Under the pieces are notes generated by a model. The model was not told the origin of the DNA. It did no database searches and was given only the letters and a program-made list of their open reading frames with translations. From Cellvibrionales bacterium (GTDB taxonomy: Bacteria; Pseudomonadota; Gammaproteobacteria; Pseudomonadales; Porticoccaceae): a stretch of 64,000 bases of DNA. Numbering within the stretch: the stretch's first letter is position 1; the number at the start of each line of letters is the position of its first letter. Positions 1 to 13,687 of this stretch are shown piece after piece. Both the position numbers and the translations under genes were made by a program. The stretch spans positions 551,423-615,422 of the forward strand of contig JAYQMT010000005.1 in assembly GCA_038143955.1 (NCBI GenBank). The letters run 5' to 3'.

Positions 1-2037
1 TCGTGATAATGAGACCAGTATTGATAGCCTAGTTTTCACTCTTCGTATATTAGGATTAGTGATGGTATTAGTCAGTGCCACCTCACTAGCTTCAATTTAT
101 TACACGGAACCAATAGCCTCCTTACCCTTTGGCGTTGGAGGTATTCTTGGCTCCTCAGTTCAAAGCGCAGCCTTAGTAGCCTTCAACAATGTTGGCAGTA
201 CATTGATTCTAGTTGCTGTTTTTTTGTTTGGTTTAACAGTATTCACTGATTTATCTTGGTTGGGTTTAATTGAAACTATAGGTAAAACAGTATCTAAATT
301 GAATGACTATATTGCTTGTCGGCTAGAGGCGCGAGCTGCAAAAAAAAACGAAGCCAACCAAGCTCTGCTTGCCCAAAAACATCGTAAAGAAGCCCAAGAA
401 AATCAGGCAAAGAGGGAAGTGACTAGGCAACCACTGAGTATACAGCACCCCCTTCAAAAGCCATCAACTAGTGAGCGCGTTGAAAAAGAAAAACAAATAT
501 CTTTTTTTCCAGACTCAAATCTAACAGTGTTACCAGCTTTAGGTTTATTAGATCAAGCTAGCGCTGATATCAGTAAAGCTTTTCGAAAGAGTCTTTACAG
601 GCAATGTCAAAGCAATTGGAGCTAAAATTACAAGATTTCGGTATTAGCGCCGAGGTGATAGAGGTTTTACCGGGACCAGTTGTTACATGCTTTGAAATAC
701 AACCAGCGGCGGGTATTAAGGCTAGCAGAATAAGTGCTCTTTCTAGAGATTTAGCAAGATCCTTAGCAGTAGTTAGCGTAAGAGTAGTTGAAGTAATCCC
801 TGGAAAATCTTATGTAGGAATTGAAATTCCGAATGAACATAGAGAGATGGTGAGACTCAGCGAAGTTCTATCGTCGGTAGTTTACGAGGAAGCTAAGTCA
901 CCGTTAACTCTGGCTCTTGGCAATGATATATCAGGTCAACCAATATGTGCTGATCTAGCAAAAATGCCACACTTGCTTGTGGCAGGAACAACTGGTTCAG
1001 GAAAATCAGTTGGAATTAATTCAATGTTGTTAAGTTTATTATATAAATCAACTCCACAGGACGTAAGGCTAATATTAATTGATCCAAAAATGTTGGAACT
1101 ATCGGTCTACGATGATATACCACATTTATTAACGCCAGTCGTGACAGATATGAAAGACGCAGCAAGTAGTCTTAGGTGGTGCGTGGGTGAAATGGAGCGC
1201 CGCTATAAACTAATGTCAGCTCTAGGGGTTAGAAATCTCGCTGGATATAACAAAAAAGTTACCGATGCAATTACATCAGGGAAGCCATTACTTGATCCTT
1301 TATGGAATCAAGATGAATTTCTCATCGATGAGAATAACGCCCCGTCTGAATTAAAAAAATTACCGTATATTGTAGTAGTCATTGATGAGTTTGCCGATAT
1401 GATGATGATAGTAGGCAAAAAAGTCGAACAGCTTATAGCCCGTATTGCACAAAAAGCTAGAGCAGCAGGAATACACTTAGTGCTTGCAACACAGAGACCT
1501 TCTGTAGATGTTATAACTGGTTTAATCAAAGCTAATGTACCAAGTCGTATTGCATTTCAAGTTTCTTCAAAAATTGACTCGAGAACTATATTGGACCAAG
1601 GTGGCGCAGAGTCTTTATTGGGTCATGGAGATTTACTTTATCTACCGCCTGGAACTAGTGTTCCAATTCGAGTTCATGGAGCCTTTGTTGACGATCACGA
1701 AGTGCATAAGGTTGTAGCTGATTGGAAAAACAGAGGCACACCAGAATATTTAGAAGATATAACAAGTGAGATTGTTACTAACAACATTCCGGTTCCTGGA
1801 TATAGCAACGATTCATCTGATTCTAATAATCAAGAATCAGATGCACTATATGATGAAGCTGTAGCTTTTGTTCTTGAAACTCGCAAGGCTTCAATTTCAT
1901 CGGTGCAACGAAAACTGAGAATTGGTTATAATAGAGCTGCCAGGCTTGTAGAACAGATGGAAGCCTCTGGTGTTGTGAGTGAGATGGGGTTAAATGGTAA
2001 CAGAGATGTTTTAGCCCCAGCTGCGCCAAGAGATTAG
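1..2037 (+). CDS. ftsK: DNA translocase FtsK (5'-truncated by window edge; apparent frameshift near 580-625)
   Basis: ORFs 59-625 (TM region) and 604-2037. Motifs [22 protein letters not shown] and [13 protein letters not shown], plus gamma domain [18 protein letters not shown]. Confidence 0.97.
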
Positions 2038-2039
2038 TT

Positions 2040-2671
2040 ATGGGCAGACTATTAATAATCATATTTTTTCCAACTTTTTTGTTGATGATGCTGTAAGTGA
2101 GATGCAAAATAATCCATTAGATTGCACAAAAAATTTACAGCGTTTGCTTTCATTCGTTAATACAATGAGTGCTGACTTCAAGCAAATTAATTACACTGAA
2201 AAAAATACTATAACTCAAGAAGCATATGGATATTTGGTTGCAAAGAAACCAGGAAACATCATCTGGATTACAAAAGCACCTTTAGAGCAACATATAATAG
2301 CTAATAATAAGAATATATGGGTGTATGATCCTGATCTTGAACAGGTCACTGTAAGCAGATTTGTTCAAGATTTGATTTTAAATCCAGCTATTTTGCTTAT
2401 AGGAGATATCGAGGGAGCTGAGCTAATCTACAATATAACCTGTGCAAAAACTCAACTTTTTGATTTCATACTTATACCAATTAATACTAAGAGCCTTTAT
2501 AAAAAAATACAGATCAGTTTTAAAAAAAATACTCCAGTAAAAATGAAATTATGGGATTCTCTTGGTTACAGGTCTGAAATATACTTTACGAAACACCAGT
2601 TAAATAAAAAAATTAATAGCACTTTTCAATTTTATCCACCTGATGGAGTTGATGTGATAAAACACAAATAA
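2040..2671 (+). CDS. lolA: Outer-membrane lipoprotein chaperone LolA (signal-peptide region probably frameshifted)
   Basis: ORF 2102-2671 with WVYDPDLEQVT and C-terminal FQFYPPDGVDVI. Hydrophobic segment from ATG 2040; follows ftsK. Confidence 0.9.
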
Positions 2672-2729
2672 TTTTTATTTCTTAAGTTAGTTTTATGAAT
2701 TTGTGAAATTTAAGTTCAGGGAGAATAAA

Positions 2730-3102
2730 ATGCAATGGTTTGCTGTAGCTTTGGGAGGGGCGCTGGGTTCTTTAGCTCGATACGCAATAAACCTATATGT
2801 TATGGGTTTATTTAGTGAGCGTTCCCCGTTAGGTACCTTATTAGTCAATCTAACTGGGTCTATCCTTATAGGCTGCTGTTATGCTCTTATTGTTGAAAAG
2901 GGGTTTTTTCCCACTGAATTAAGAAGTTTGCTAATGGTTGGATTTTTTGGGTGCCTTCACCACATTTTCAGCATTCTCGCTTGATACGATAATTATGTGG
3001 CAAAATGACCAAGTAATGCTCTCTATTTTATATGTGTTTGGAACCATTTTTCTTTGTCTGATTGGGACTTTATGCGCAATCACTTTGATGCGTCTTTTTT
3101 AG
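2730..3102 (+). CDS. crcB: Fluoride channel CrcB/FluC (frameshift in T/G run near 2945)
   Basis: AVALGGALGSLARY and PLGTLLVNLTGS; G-A-F-T-T-F-S-A-F-S continues in the shifted frame to TAG 3102. Confidence 0.92.
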
Positions 3103-3117
3103 GAAAATTAAAATTTT

Positions 3118-4409
<1,292 letters not shown>

Positions 4410-4428
4410 ATATAGTTACATTAGATAT

Positions 4429-5816
4429 ATGGACTTTTTGCCTTTATTTCACAATATAAAAAATAGACGCTGCGTGGTTGTTGGGGCAGGCTCTATAGCG
4501 TTGAGAAAAATTCGCCCATTAATAGACGCCGGTGCAATAATAGATATTGTTGCACCCGATATCGATCGTAGAATCGAAGACCTCGCAAAAAAACACTCCA
4601 TAAGGATATTCATTAAACCCTTTGAAAACAATGACCTGGAAGATGCTTGTCTAGTTATTTCTGCTACAAATAAAAAAAAGATTAATATCCAGGTATCTAG
4701 CCACGCTAAAATTTTAAATATTCCAGTAAATGTAGTCGATCAACCAGAATTATGTACAGTTATTTTCCCTTCTATTGTAGATAGAAAACCAATATTGGTA
4801 GCTATAAGTAGCGGGGGAGCCGCCCCAGTTTTAGTAAGAATGTTAAGGACAAAATTAGAAAGTATCATACCGTCAGGATTTGGTAGGTTAGCGGAGTTAG
4901 CCCGCAAATTTCGCCCACTTGTGAAGAAAAGAATTATTAATTCAAATGGCCGTAAAGCTTTTTGGGAAGAGGTATTTTCTAGTGAAATACCAGAGTTGGT
5001 GTATGCTGAAAAAATCTTGCCGCAGAAGCTGAACTTCAGAAGAAAATTGAAGATGATATCCCCAAAAATTTAGGTGAAGTTTATCTCGTAGGTGGAGGGC
5101 CAGGAGATCCAGATTTATTAACTTTTAGAGCATTAAGATTAATGCAAAAAGCAGATATAGTCTTATATGATAGATTAGTATCAAAAGAGGTCTTAGCCCT
5201 TGTTCGGAGAGATGCCGAGCTAGTATTCGTAGGAAAAACAGCAGGTGATCATCCTGTAACACAAGAAAATATCAATAAAAAATTAGTTGAGTATGCAAAA
5301 ACAGGAAATCGTGTTTTACGCTTAAAAGGTGGGGATCCGTTCATATTTGGTCGCGGTGGTGAAGAAATAGAGCACTTAAGAGATTACGGTATTCCGTTTC
5401 AAGTAGTACCAGGTATAACGGCTGCTTCGGGTTGTGCAAGTTATGCAGGAATACCGTTAACTCACAGGGATTATGCGCAGTCAGTCCGTTTTATAGCGGG
5501 CCATCAAAAAAATAATTATCTGGATCTAAATTGGTTGGAGCTAACCGCACCAAATCAAACTTTAGTTTTTTATATGGGTTTGAATGGGCTAGAAATAATC
5601 TGTGAAAAATTAATATTATTTGGTATGAATCCTGAGACCCCAGCTGCATTAATTGAAAAGGGTACAACTCGAAACCAAAAAACTTATGTTTCCGACCTTA
5701 AGGGATTACCGATAATGGTCAGAGCTGCAGGTGCTAAAGCCCCAACATTGATTATTGTTGGCTCAGTAGTGTTGTTACAAGATAAATTGTCATGGTTTAA
5801 ATCAAAGAATAACTGA
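4429..5816 (+). CDS. cysG: Siroheme synthase CysG (frameshift near 5010)
   Basis: N-terminal dehydrogenase/chelatase ([27 protein letters not shown]) plus methyltransferase ([16 protein letters not shown]). Confidence 0.95.
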
Positions 5817-5826
5817 GGTAATTTTT

Positions 5827-7200
5827 ATGCGATATGATTATGACCTGTTTGTAATTGGCGCTGGTTCCGGTGGAGTGAGAACAGCAAGAATGTGTTCCCA
5901 ACAAGGATTACGTGTTGGTATTGCCGAATCACAATACCTAGGTGGTACCTGTGTCAATGTAGGCTGTGTACCGAAAAAATTGTTTGTTTATGCCTCAGCT
6001 TTCTCAGAGGAGTTTAAAACCGCAAAAGGGTTTGGTTGGGAATTGGGTCCAGTAAACTTCGACTGGCACAAACTCAGAGATAATAAGAATCAAGAAATTA
6101 AGAGGTTAAACGGCATCTACGGCAATCTATTGGATGGAGCTGGTGTTGATCTTCATGAAGGCACTGCAACCATTGTCGATCCACATTGTATTGAAGTAAA
6201 CGGCCAGCAATTTAATTGTAAGAATATTTTGATTGCTACTGGCGGTACACCTTTTGTTCCAGAGTTTCCTGGAAGTGACTTGGTTGTTACTTCTAATGAA
6301 GCCTTTTTCCTTAAAGAGTTACCAAAGCGAATCGTGATTGTCGGTGGTGGTTATATCGCAGTTGAGTTTGCGGGTATCTTTAACGGTCTGGGTGTAGAAA
6401 CTCATCTTGTTTATCGTGGCCCATTATTTTTAAGGGGTTTTGACAAAGAACTACGAGAAGTAATTAAAGAAGAACAGATAAATCAAGGAGTTATTCTTCA
6501 TTTCTCAACTGAAATAGAGAATATAGAAACACGGTCTAATGGTGCCTATAACGTACAATTTAGTCACGATAAAAATTTAAGCAGTGAAAGCTCGGATGGT
6601 AAAAACCTGGAAGTAGATCTGGTTATGTATGCCACCGGTCGTAAGCCTAATGTAACCGGTTTAGGCCTTGAGAACACAAAGGTAGAGACAAAATCAAATG
6701 GTGTTGTAGTTGTAGATGACTACTTTCAAACTGCTGAATCATCCATCTATGCTTTAGGTGATGTGATAGGGCGTGTAGAGCTTACGCCAGTGGCTATTAC
6801 AGAAGGTATGGCCTTAACTAAAACATTAGTTGAAGGAACCCCAACGGCGGTCGATTACAGCAATATACCGACTGCTATATTTTGTCAGCCAAACTCATCC
6901 TCTGTTGGGCTTACAGAAGAACAAGCTCGTGAACAATATGGTCATAACCTAAAAGTATTCCGTAGCCGTTTTCGTCCCATGAAAGAAACATTGGGCGGTG
7001 GTGCTGGAAAGGTCTTTATGAAGATGATAGTGGTAAAAAGCACTGATATGGTCGTTGGTTGTCATATGGTCGGCGAACACGCCGGTGAAATCATTCAAGG
7101 TATAGCCGTCGCCATGAAAGCCGGCGCTAAAAAAGCTGATTTTGATGCGACTATAGGGATTCATCCAACTACCGCAGAAGAATTTGTTACCATGCGTTAG
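5827..7200 (+). CDS. gor: Glutathione-disulfide reductase
   Basis: GAGSGG, GGTCVNVGCVPKK redox disulfide, GGGYIAVEFA, C-terminal IHPTTAEEFVTMR. Confidence 0.95.
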   Translation: MRYDYDLFVIGAGSGGVRTARMCSQQGLRVGIAESQYLGGTCVNVGCVPKKLFVYASAFSEEFKTAKGFGWELGPVNFDWHKLRDNKNQEIKRLNGIYGNLLDGAGVDLHEGTATIVDPHCIEVNGQQFNCKNILIATGGTPFVPEFPGSDLVVTSNEAFFLKELPKRIVIVGGGYIAVEFAGIFNGLGVETHLVYRGPLFLRGFDKELREVIKEEQINQGVILHFSTEIENIETRSNGAYNVQFSHDKNLSSESSDGKNLEVDLVMYATGRKPNVTGLGLENTKVETKSNGVVVVDDYFQTAESSIYALGDVIGRVELTPVAITEGMALTKTLVEGTPTAVDYSNIPTAIFCQPNSSSVGLTEEQAREQYGHNLKVFRSRFRPMKETLGGGAGKVFMKMIVVKSTDMVVGCHMVGEHAGEIIQGIAVAMKAGAKKADFDATIGIHPTTAEEFVTMR

Positions 7201-7569
7201 TTTAACCATGTTCCTAAAACTCAGGTTTTATAGTAAGTGTTGCTCCGAAACACAAGTTAAAATGTAAGTTTAATTACCACTTAGAAAGGAGAATCATAGA
7301 CATGACCATACCTCTACGCTTAATCCTGTGTCGCTATTTTGTCATTCGCTAATAGCCAGAGTGTCATTTCACGCTTTTTTCTTCCCGTTACGTTGACCAC
7401 TTAAAATACCTCTATGCTTAAAACCGCAATTTCTATTCATCCGGTCTATTGCCAGACCCATATTGGTGAGAACCATTAAGAGGATAACAGTCTTTCTGAT
7501 CACGTAATGATGGATAAGCGGCCTTTTGACGGTTAGTGCTAACCTTTAACTATTTAAGCCTCGAACTGA

Positions 7570-7597
7570 ACTACGCATAATGTATATTATGTTAAAT
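7570..7597. other. dif: dif site (XerC/XerD chromosome-dimer resolution site)
   Basis: ACTACGCATAA-TGTATA-TTATGTTAAAT matches E. coli dif GGTGCGCATAA-TGTATA-TTATGTTAAAT at 25/28, with perfect spacer and XerD arm. Intergenic, and gene orientation converges on it. Confidence 0.93.
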
Positions 7598-7689
7598 TGT
7601 AACTTTATATAATATTTTTTATTAAAGGTTACGCTATCGATTATTTGTTATACTTTGTTCAAATATAAAATTAATCAATTTAATATTAA

Positions 7690-8355
7690 ATGAGGATTAT
7701 GATGTCTCTGCTTATAAATGATATTGCCCCTAACTTTGAGTCTAATTCAACAGATGGCCTAATTAACTTCCATGAGTGGATTGGTAGCAGTTACGCTATT
7801 TTGTTCTCACACCCAAAAGATTTCACACCAGTCTGTACAACAGAATTCTCAGCTGTAGCAGACTTATCATTGGACTTTAAAAATAGAAATACTAAAGTCA
7901 TTGGAGTGTCTGTAGATAGTAATGAAGACCATATAAAGTGGACGGATGATATTGAGTCCGTATCATCGGCTCCGGTTAACTTCCCTATCATCGAGGATAT
8001 CTCCTTGACTGTTTCAAAACTCTACAAAATGTTTCCTTCAGAAGCTTACCTGCCTGATGGACGAACGGCCTTGGACAGCGCTACCGTAAGAACCGTCTTT
8101 ATAATAGGACCCGATAAAAGAATACGGTTGACACTCAGTTATCCCATGGCTGTAGGCCGAAATTTCTCTGAGATTTTAAGAGCCTTAGACGCTATACAGT
8201 TAACCGATAAACATACTGTAGCTACCCCAGCAAATTGGCTCAGTGGTCAAGATGTCATTATTCCCTTATCTGTAAGCGATGATGCTGCTGTAAAAAAATA
8301 TGGATTCGTTGATAAAAAGCTAGACTATTTGAGATACATTAAACAGCCCGACTAA
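7690..8355 (+). CDS. 1-Cys peroxiredoxin (Prx6/LsfA family)
   Basis: FSHPKDFTPVCTTE active-site motif, YPMAVGRNF, VATPANW. Confidence 0.93.
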   Translation: MRIMMSLLINDIAPNFESNSTDGLINFHEWIGSSYAILFSHPKDFTPVCTTEFSAVADLSLDFKNRNTKVIGVSVDSNEDHIKWTDDIESVSSAPVNFPIIEDISLTVSKLYKMFPSEAYLPDGRTALDSATVRTVFIIGPDKRIRLTLSYPMAVGRNFSEILRALDAIQLTDKHTVATPANWLSGQDVIIPLSVSDDAAVKKYGFVDKKLDYLRYIKQPD

Positions 8356-8365
8356 AATATTTTTT

Positions 8366-9260
8366 CTAAGTTTTTACAATTTTTCTTAATTTAGGTAAGA
8401 GCATGTGTGCAATGGTCAAGCTCGCTAATATTGGAAAGATAACCAACAGGCTATTTAGACTATATTCCCATTTAAATAAAAAGATCATAATTGAAATTGG
8501 CGCGGTAAATAGCGTTAACCATAATATATCCGGAAACATCCTGAAATCATTATCCATAAGTGCCCTTATACCGTGCAATCCACAAAAATATATTGAGAAC
8601 CAGGTAAGCGGGTTTAAGAAATAAGCAAGACAAATTAATAGCATCATTTCAGCGCCTAACAGCTTTAATTCAAGTAAAGTCTTCCCTTTATTTTTTCTCT
8701 CTTGTGCAATTTTGTATAAACTTGAAGAAAAACAGATTATACAAACTAATACTATAATATTTATAGCATCAAATATTTCTGGTTGGATTCTAACCTGTGT
8801 TAAATCAAAAAAGAGAGTTTACTAAATTTGGTTTGAAGACTAACGGCAAGAATGCCATAACAACACCCCAGTAAACTTTAGAAGCAAAATTTATTTCATT
8901 TATGAACTTCAAATCAGATACACCAAAATGCACTGATGACATTACCAATAGTAAAACTAATCCACCAAATGGATAAATAAACCAAATCAATGCACCACTT
9001 GACGTAAAGAGCATATAAAGCAAATATAATTTTAACCTAGTGCTTGTTCGAACTGAGTGCTTCCATATAATTTTTCCATCTAGCGCACCATGTGCTACAC
9101 CCATAGTGCCTATAAGGCTCATTGAAATAATCATTATTATGCTTATGTTTGATTTAACTTCTGACTTATTTGTCATAAGAATGTCAGATATAGTAGATAG
9201 AAGAATTATTATCACAGAAAAAATAATGAAATAAATTTGATGTTTATTAACTTTAGTCAT
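8366..9260 (-). CDS. blh: Beta-carotene 15,15'-dioxygenase Brp/Blh (frameshift near 8805)
   Basis: Multi-TM protein with GVAHGALD, SVHFG, FCGLHG and LTIAHM His motifs; last gene of the crt cluster. Confidence 0.9.
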
Positions 9261-10386
9261 TTTTCTTTTTTATTAAACCCTTTAGCATTAGCCTTGTAGG
9301 CATACAAAATAGTATATTTATTAAATCAGCACCCGATGGCTTATCTGACAGAAATCTTATTAATGGGGGCATTTTTGCTCGTTTGAATAGCATCATGAAT
9401 AAATATGGCCCTTTTTCTGGATATTTGAGAATAACGTTTAAGAAGATTTTATCGAGATAATTTAACCATTTATTAGAGCGATACCTAAATGAAGAGATAT
9501 TATTTTCAATTTGCCCAAACTCTCCTATCCTGATTGCCCAATTGGCAACTCTTCTCATTGAATAACCTGAAGAAGCTCTCATCATTCCTCCTCCTATGCC
9601 AATCTTTAGTATTCTTTTTTCTTCAAGCGGAGAAATAACAGCCATAGGTATAATTGCCTTTTCTTGCCTAATTTCTTTATAGGGCTGATAGGTTTGGAGG
9701 ATTTCTTTATGTCTCTTTTCTATAGCTTTAAGCTCAGGTTGTGTAGAAAAAACTGTTGTCTCAACAAGTGCCCTCTTTTTTGTAAAAGGCAGTACATATA
9801 TGAATTCAACCTGATTTTTCTTTTTTATAAATGACATCAATGTCACTTCATCAGGCTTAAATCGTTCTTTTGTAAGTTCTATTTCGCTCCCGACAAAAGC
9901 TTGATGTATTAACGGCGATTTTATTTCTTGTTGCTTAATATTGTTTCTACTATCAACAATGAACTTGCCGAAATGAGTATTACTGTTAGTGGTAACAACT
10001 TGAATATTGTCCTCACTGTATATTTGAGAGACCTTTTCATTTTTTATAGTTGTAATTTTCTCATTACATGAGCTAGATAAGCTTTCGAGTGCTTCTTTAC
10101 CATCAAAACAAACATAGCTGTATAGCTGGGTATCTCTTATGATTTCATAGTTAAGACTGTTTAAAACTACTTTTTTCCAAATTTTCTTTGGGTTTAATTG
10201 AAACTCATCTGCAACATTCGGAAGACCCGGCCCTTCCCAGACACAAAATGTTTGATCATTATTAATGCTATCTTTTTGTTCGAGCAGAAGAATTTTTTGA
10301 TCATTATTTTTTTTGAGGTATTGCTTCAAAAACATTAGGCTCGACAACCCTGCTCCGATTACTATTAAATCGTATATTTTTTTCAT
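9253..10386 (-). CDS. crtY: Lycopene beta-cyclase
   Basis: DLIVIGAGLSS Rossmann motif, FIYVLPF, ALVETTVF, GGMMRASSGYS; lies between crtB and blh. Confidence 0.9.
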   Translation of the reverse strand: MKKIYDLIVIGAGLSSLMFLKQYLKKNNDQKILLLEQKDSINNDQTFCVWEGPGLPNVADEFQLNPKKIWKKVVLNSLNYEIIRDTQLYSYVCFDGKEALESLSSSCNEKITTIKNEKVSQIYSEDNIQVVTTNSNTHFGKFIVDSRNNIKQQEIKSPLIHQAFVGSEIELTKERFKPDEVTLMSFIKKKNQVEFIYVLPFTKKRALVETTVFSTQPELKAIEKRHKEILQTYQPYKEIRQEKAIIPMAVISPLEEKRILKIGIGGGMMRASSGYSMRRVANWAIRIGEFGQIENNISSFRYRSNKWLNYLDKIFLNVILKYPEKGPYLFMMLFKRAKMPPLIRFLSDKPSGADLINILFCMPTRLMLKGLIKKKND

Positions 10387-11269
10387 TTTATATGAACATC
10401 GGGAAGTTTTATTAAAGATGAATGTAACATTTCATTATGATTATCAATATTTTTCTTCTTATTTAGTTTAAATATTAACTTTATTGTTATTAGTAGCTTT
10501 TCAAATACATTCAGATAAACTCGATATGATTCGTAAGAAACTTTTCTATTTAAAATTTTTATCCCTATATTTTGATAAAGCTTTGATGCAACGAGAACTG
10601 CTCTTGCTGTTCTGGGTGGTAGATGAGCTATACCCTTTTCCCCACTTTGATAATATTTATTTGCCAAATTCAATAAAGCATTTCTTGCTGAATTAATTTT
10701 ATTAATCTCTTGCTTTGTCGGGTTTTTGTAATTCTCGAGCTCTATATTGATCATATCTTTTGGTAAATAAATCCTATTTATCGAAGCATCTTCATTTACA
10801 TCACGGCATATATTCGTGAGCTGCATTGCAATACCTAGATCAATAGCAAAATATTTTAATCGAGGATCTTTAATTCCTATGACGTCGCAAACCATCAGCC
10901 CAACAGCACCAGCTACTCGATAGCAATAAATGAGAAGCTCATTGATATTATCAGGTTGTTTATGGGAAATATCACTCGTTTGCCCTATAAGAATTCTTTA
11001 AGGATATCTTCTCTTGGTAAATACTCCTTATCTATATTTTTTAGCTCATCAAATGCGCCGGTATATTTATCTTTATCCCATGCACTTTTTGCCGCAAAAA
11101 AATCTTTATATGAGGTGTCATGGTTTGGATTTTCATCTATCAAATCATCAATACGGCGGCAAAATGCGTATACCGAGTATAAATTATTAGCAGTTTTTTT
11201 TTCGAGAAATGCTGTAGCCCAAAAAAAAGTTTTTCCATGATTCTTCATCACATGAGAATAATTAGTCAT
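10383..11269 (-). CDS. crtB: Phytoene synthase (frameshift near 10980)
   Basis: HGKTFFWAT, YAFCRRIDD, LGIAMQLTNICRDVNED, RIYLP. Confidence 0.93.
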
Positions 11270-12730
11270 GATAAAGAATTCTTTCTACTACTTTCGCTGA
11301 ATTTATAACTCCGGGAACTCCTGCTCCAGGATGAGTGCCGGCTCCTACATAGAATAAATTTTTATATCTATCGTCTTGGTTGTGTGTCCTGAACCACGCT
11401 GACTGTGTTAAAACTGGTGCGATTGAAAATCCACTTCCAAATGGTGTTCTGTAGTTAGTTCTAAAATCTTCCGGGGTCATACAAAAAATTTCTCTAGCAT
11501 TTACATTAATACCCGGCATGATCGTCTTATCAAGAGCATCTAAAATTCTTTTGGAGAATTCTTCTTTGATTGCAGACCAATCTTGTCCACCTTTAAGGTT
11601 TGGTACTGGCACAAGTGCATAGAAGCTATCATGATTATCTGGAGCGAAAGATTTATCCGTACAGGTAGGCCTATGAAGATATATAGAAAAATCCTCTGAT
11701 AAATGATGGTTATCAAATATATCTTCAAGTAACTCTTTATATCTAGGGCCCATCCAAATCGTATGATGGGCAACATTCTCGTAGCATTTTATTGATCCAA
11801 AAAATAATACAAATAAACCCATCGAGTGCTTCGCATATTTATTTATTAATCTATTATGAAGAGATATTTTTTCATTCTTTAGTAGTTCTTTGGATACTTG
11901 TATTGGGTCAGCATTACTAACGACATAATCAAATTCCTTGCTTTCGTTATTTGTAAAGTTGACTCTTGTAATTAATTTTTTTGATGTAGAAAAATGACTC
12001 ACATCACATAAATAATTTATTTCAATACCGTTCCTCAACATTAAATTTTCAAGTTCAAATACAAGTTTTCCTGTCCCGCCCATACAAAAGAAAATACCCC
12101 ATTTTTGTTCTAGCGCATGAATAAGTGAGTATATCGAAGATGTTGTAAAAGGATTGCCTCCAACCAGGAGTGGCTGAATTGAAAATGCCTGACGAAGATT
12201 AGGGTGCTTTATATGTTTAGATACAAAGCTATAAACAGAACGATAACCTTTCATTTTGATAATATCTGGGGCATAACGGAGCATTGTTGACAATCTGTGA
12301 AATGGATGTCCTGCTAACTTTTCGTATCCGAGCTTAAATATTTTTTTGATTCTTTGAGCATGTCTAAGTAGCCTGAAACATCCTCAGGAGATAATTCTTC
12401 AATTTGGCTAAGCATTTTTTCTCGATCGGATCCATAATCAAACTCTGTTTGATCGTTGAAATGGAACCTATACCAAGTACTTAGAGGTTTGAACTCAAGA
12501 TGATCTTCTAAGCTTTCACCAAATAATTCAAATAGCTCATAAAATAGATTAGGCGCTGTTATTACTGTAGGCCCAGCATCATGGAAATAGCCATTTCTTT
12601 GGAAAGCTTGTGCCCTACCCCCTAATTTATCGAGACGTTCATATATAGTTACCTTATTCCCTCTTGCTCTAAATCTGATCGCGGCAGCAATACCACCAAA
12701 ACCTCCTCCGATAATAGCAACTCTTTTCAT
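11262..12730 (-). CDS. crtI: Phytoene desaturase (frameshift near 12340)
   Basis: IIGGGFGG, HDAGPTVIT, LLVGGNPF, SAWFRTHN, VGAGTHPGAGVPGV. Confidence 0.95.
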
Positions 12731-13675
12731 ATCAAGTTAAGCCTTTTAATGATTTCATCTTTTAGTGACTCGATGATTGGTTGAATAATTATAGGTAATC
12801 GATGATTATTTAACATAGCATTATTTAATATAGCGACTATTTCTTTTTGTGACTGAATAAAATTTCTTTCAGAAATAAAGTCATTAAATTTGCTTGGCTG
12901 TTTAAATATCACTTTTTTTCTAGAGCTGATAAATTTTCAAGTATTCGAATTACCATAAAATTTGGATGACCTTTTAGAAAATCTGACGATATTTCTTGCT
13001 CAAAGCCGATTATATTCTCTATATCGTTTAAATATTGATAAGCGAAACCGAGTTCGTTAGAGATCTCTTTTAGGGCGACACATTCGTCTTCTGTGAGCTC
13101 CTTACAACGAAACATACCCATCATAGGTAATGCTATTAATGGAGCAGTTTTATCAATAGCTACCTTTCGACACTGTTCTTTAGTTAGCGTTAAATGATCT
13201 AAACTCACATCTAGTGATTGACCAAATATAATCTCTTTTACAGAGCATGATAATAGTTTTAATAGAATATTCTGGTGCCACCCTTGTTCTATTTCAGTAA
13301 TTTTTCTAAATGATTCTGCAATTAAGTAGTCTCCCGTACAAACAGCTGCAGGTATGCCAAACTCCTTCCAGAGAGACTTTTTCCTCGCCTCATTGAGTCT
13401 TCATCACATATATCATCATGTAATAGGGAAGCACTATGGATCAGCTCACATACAACTGCCCATTTGATATATGTTTGACTTGAAAGCCCTAATAAGCCAC
13501 CAGAAGCAAGTGCTAAACGGGCTCTTATCCACTTTCCTTTTGACTCATTATGGTGTTTCAGCCAATCAGATATGAATGATTCTTCTATATCAAAACTTCT
13601 TGCAAATTCTTCCTTTACAAGATGAAGAAATTTATCTGCCTCTGGAGGCATATAATATTTCATAGACTCTCTCAT
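12727..13675 (-). CDS. crtE: Geranylgeranyl diphosphate synthase (three ORF fragments from frameshifts)
   Basis: GKWIRARL, ELIHSASLLHDDICDEDSMRRG (FARM), KTAPLI, LGFAYQYLND. Confidence 0.88.
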
Positions 13676-13687
13676 ATATCTCAGTAT

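Noticed and set aside
5805-5835. CGCATAA on the minus strand at the gor start as a second dif site bounding an Xer-integrated element
   Set aside because: Only 7 bp match and there is no XerD arm at the correct spacing.
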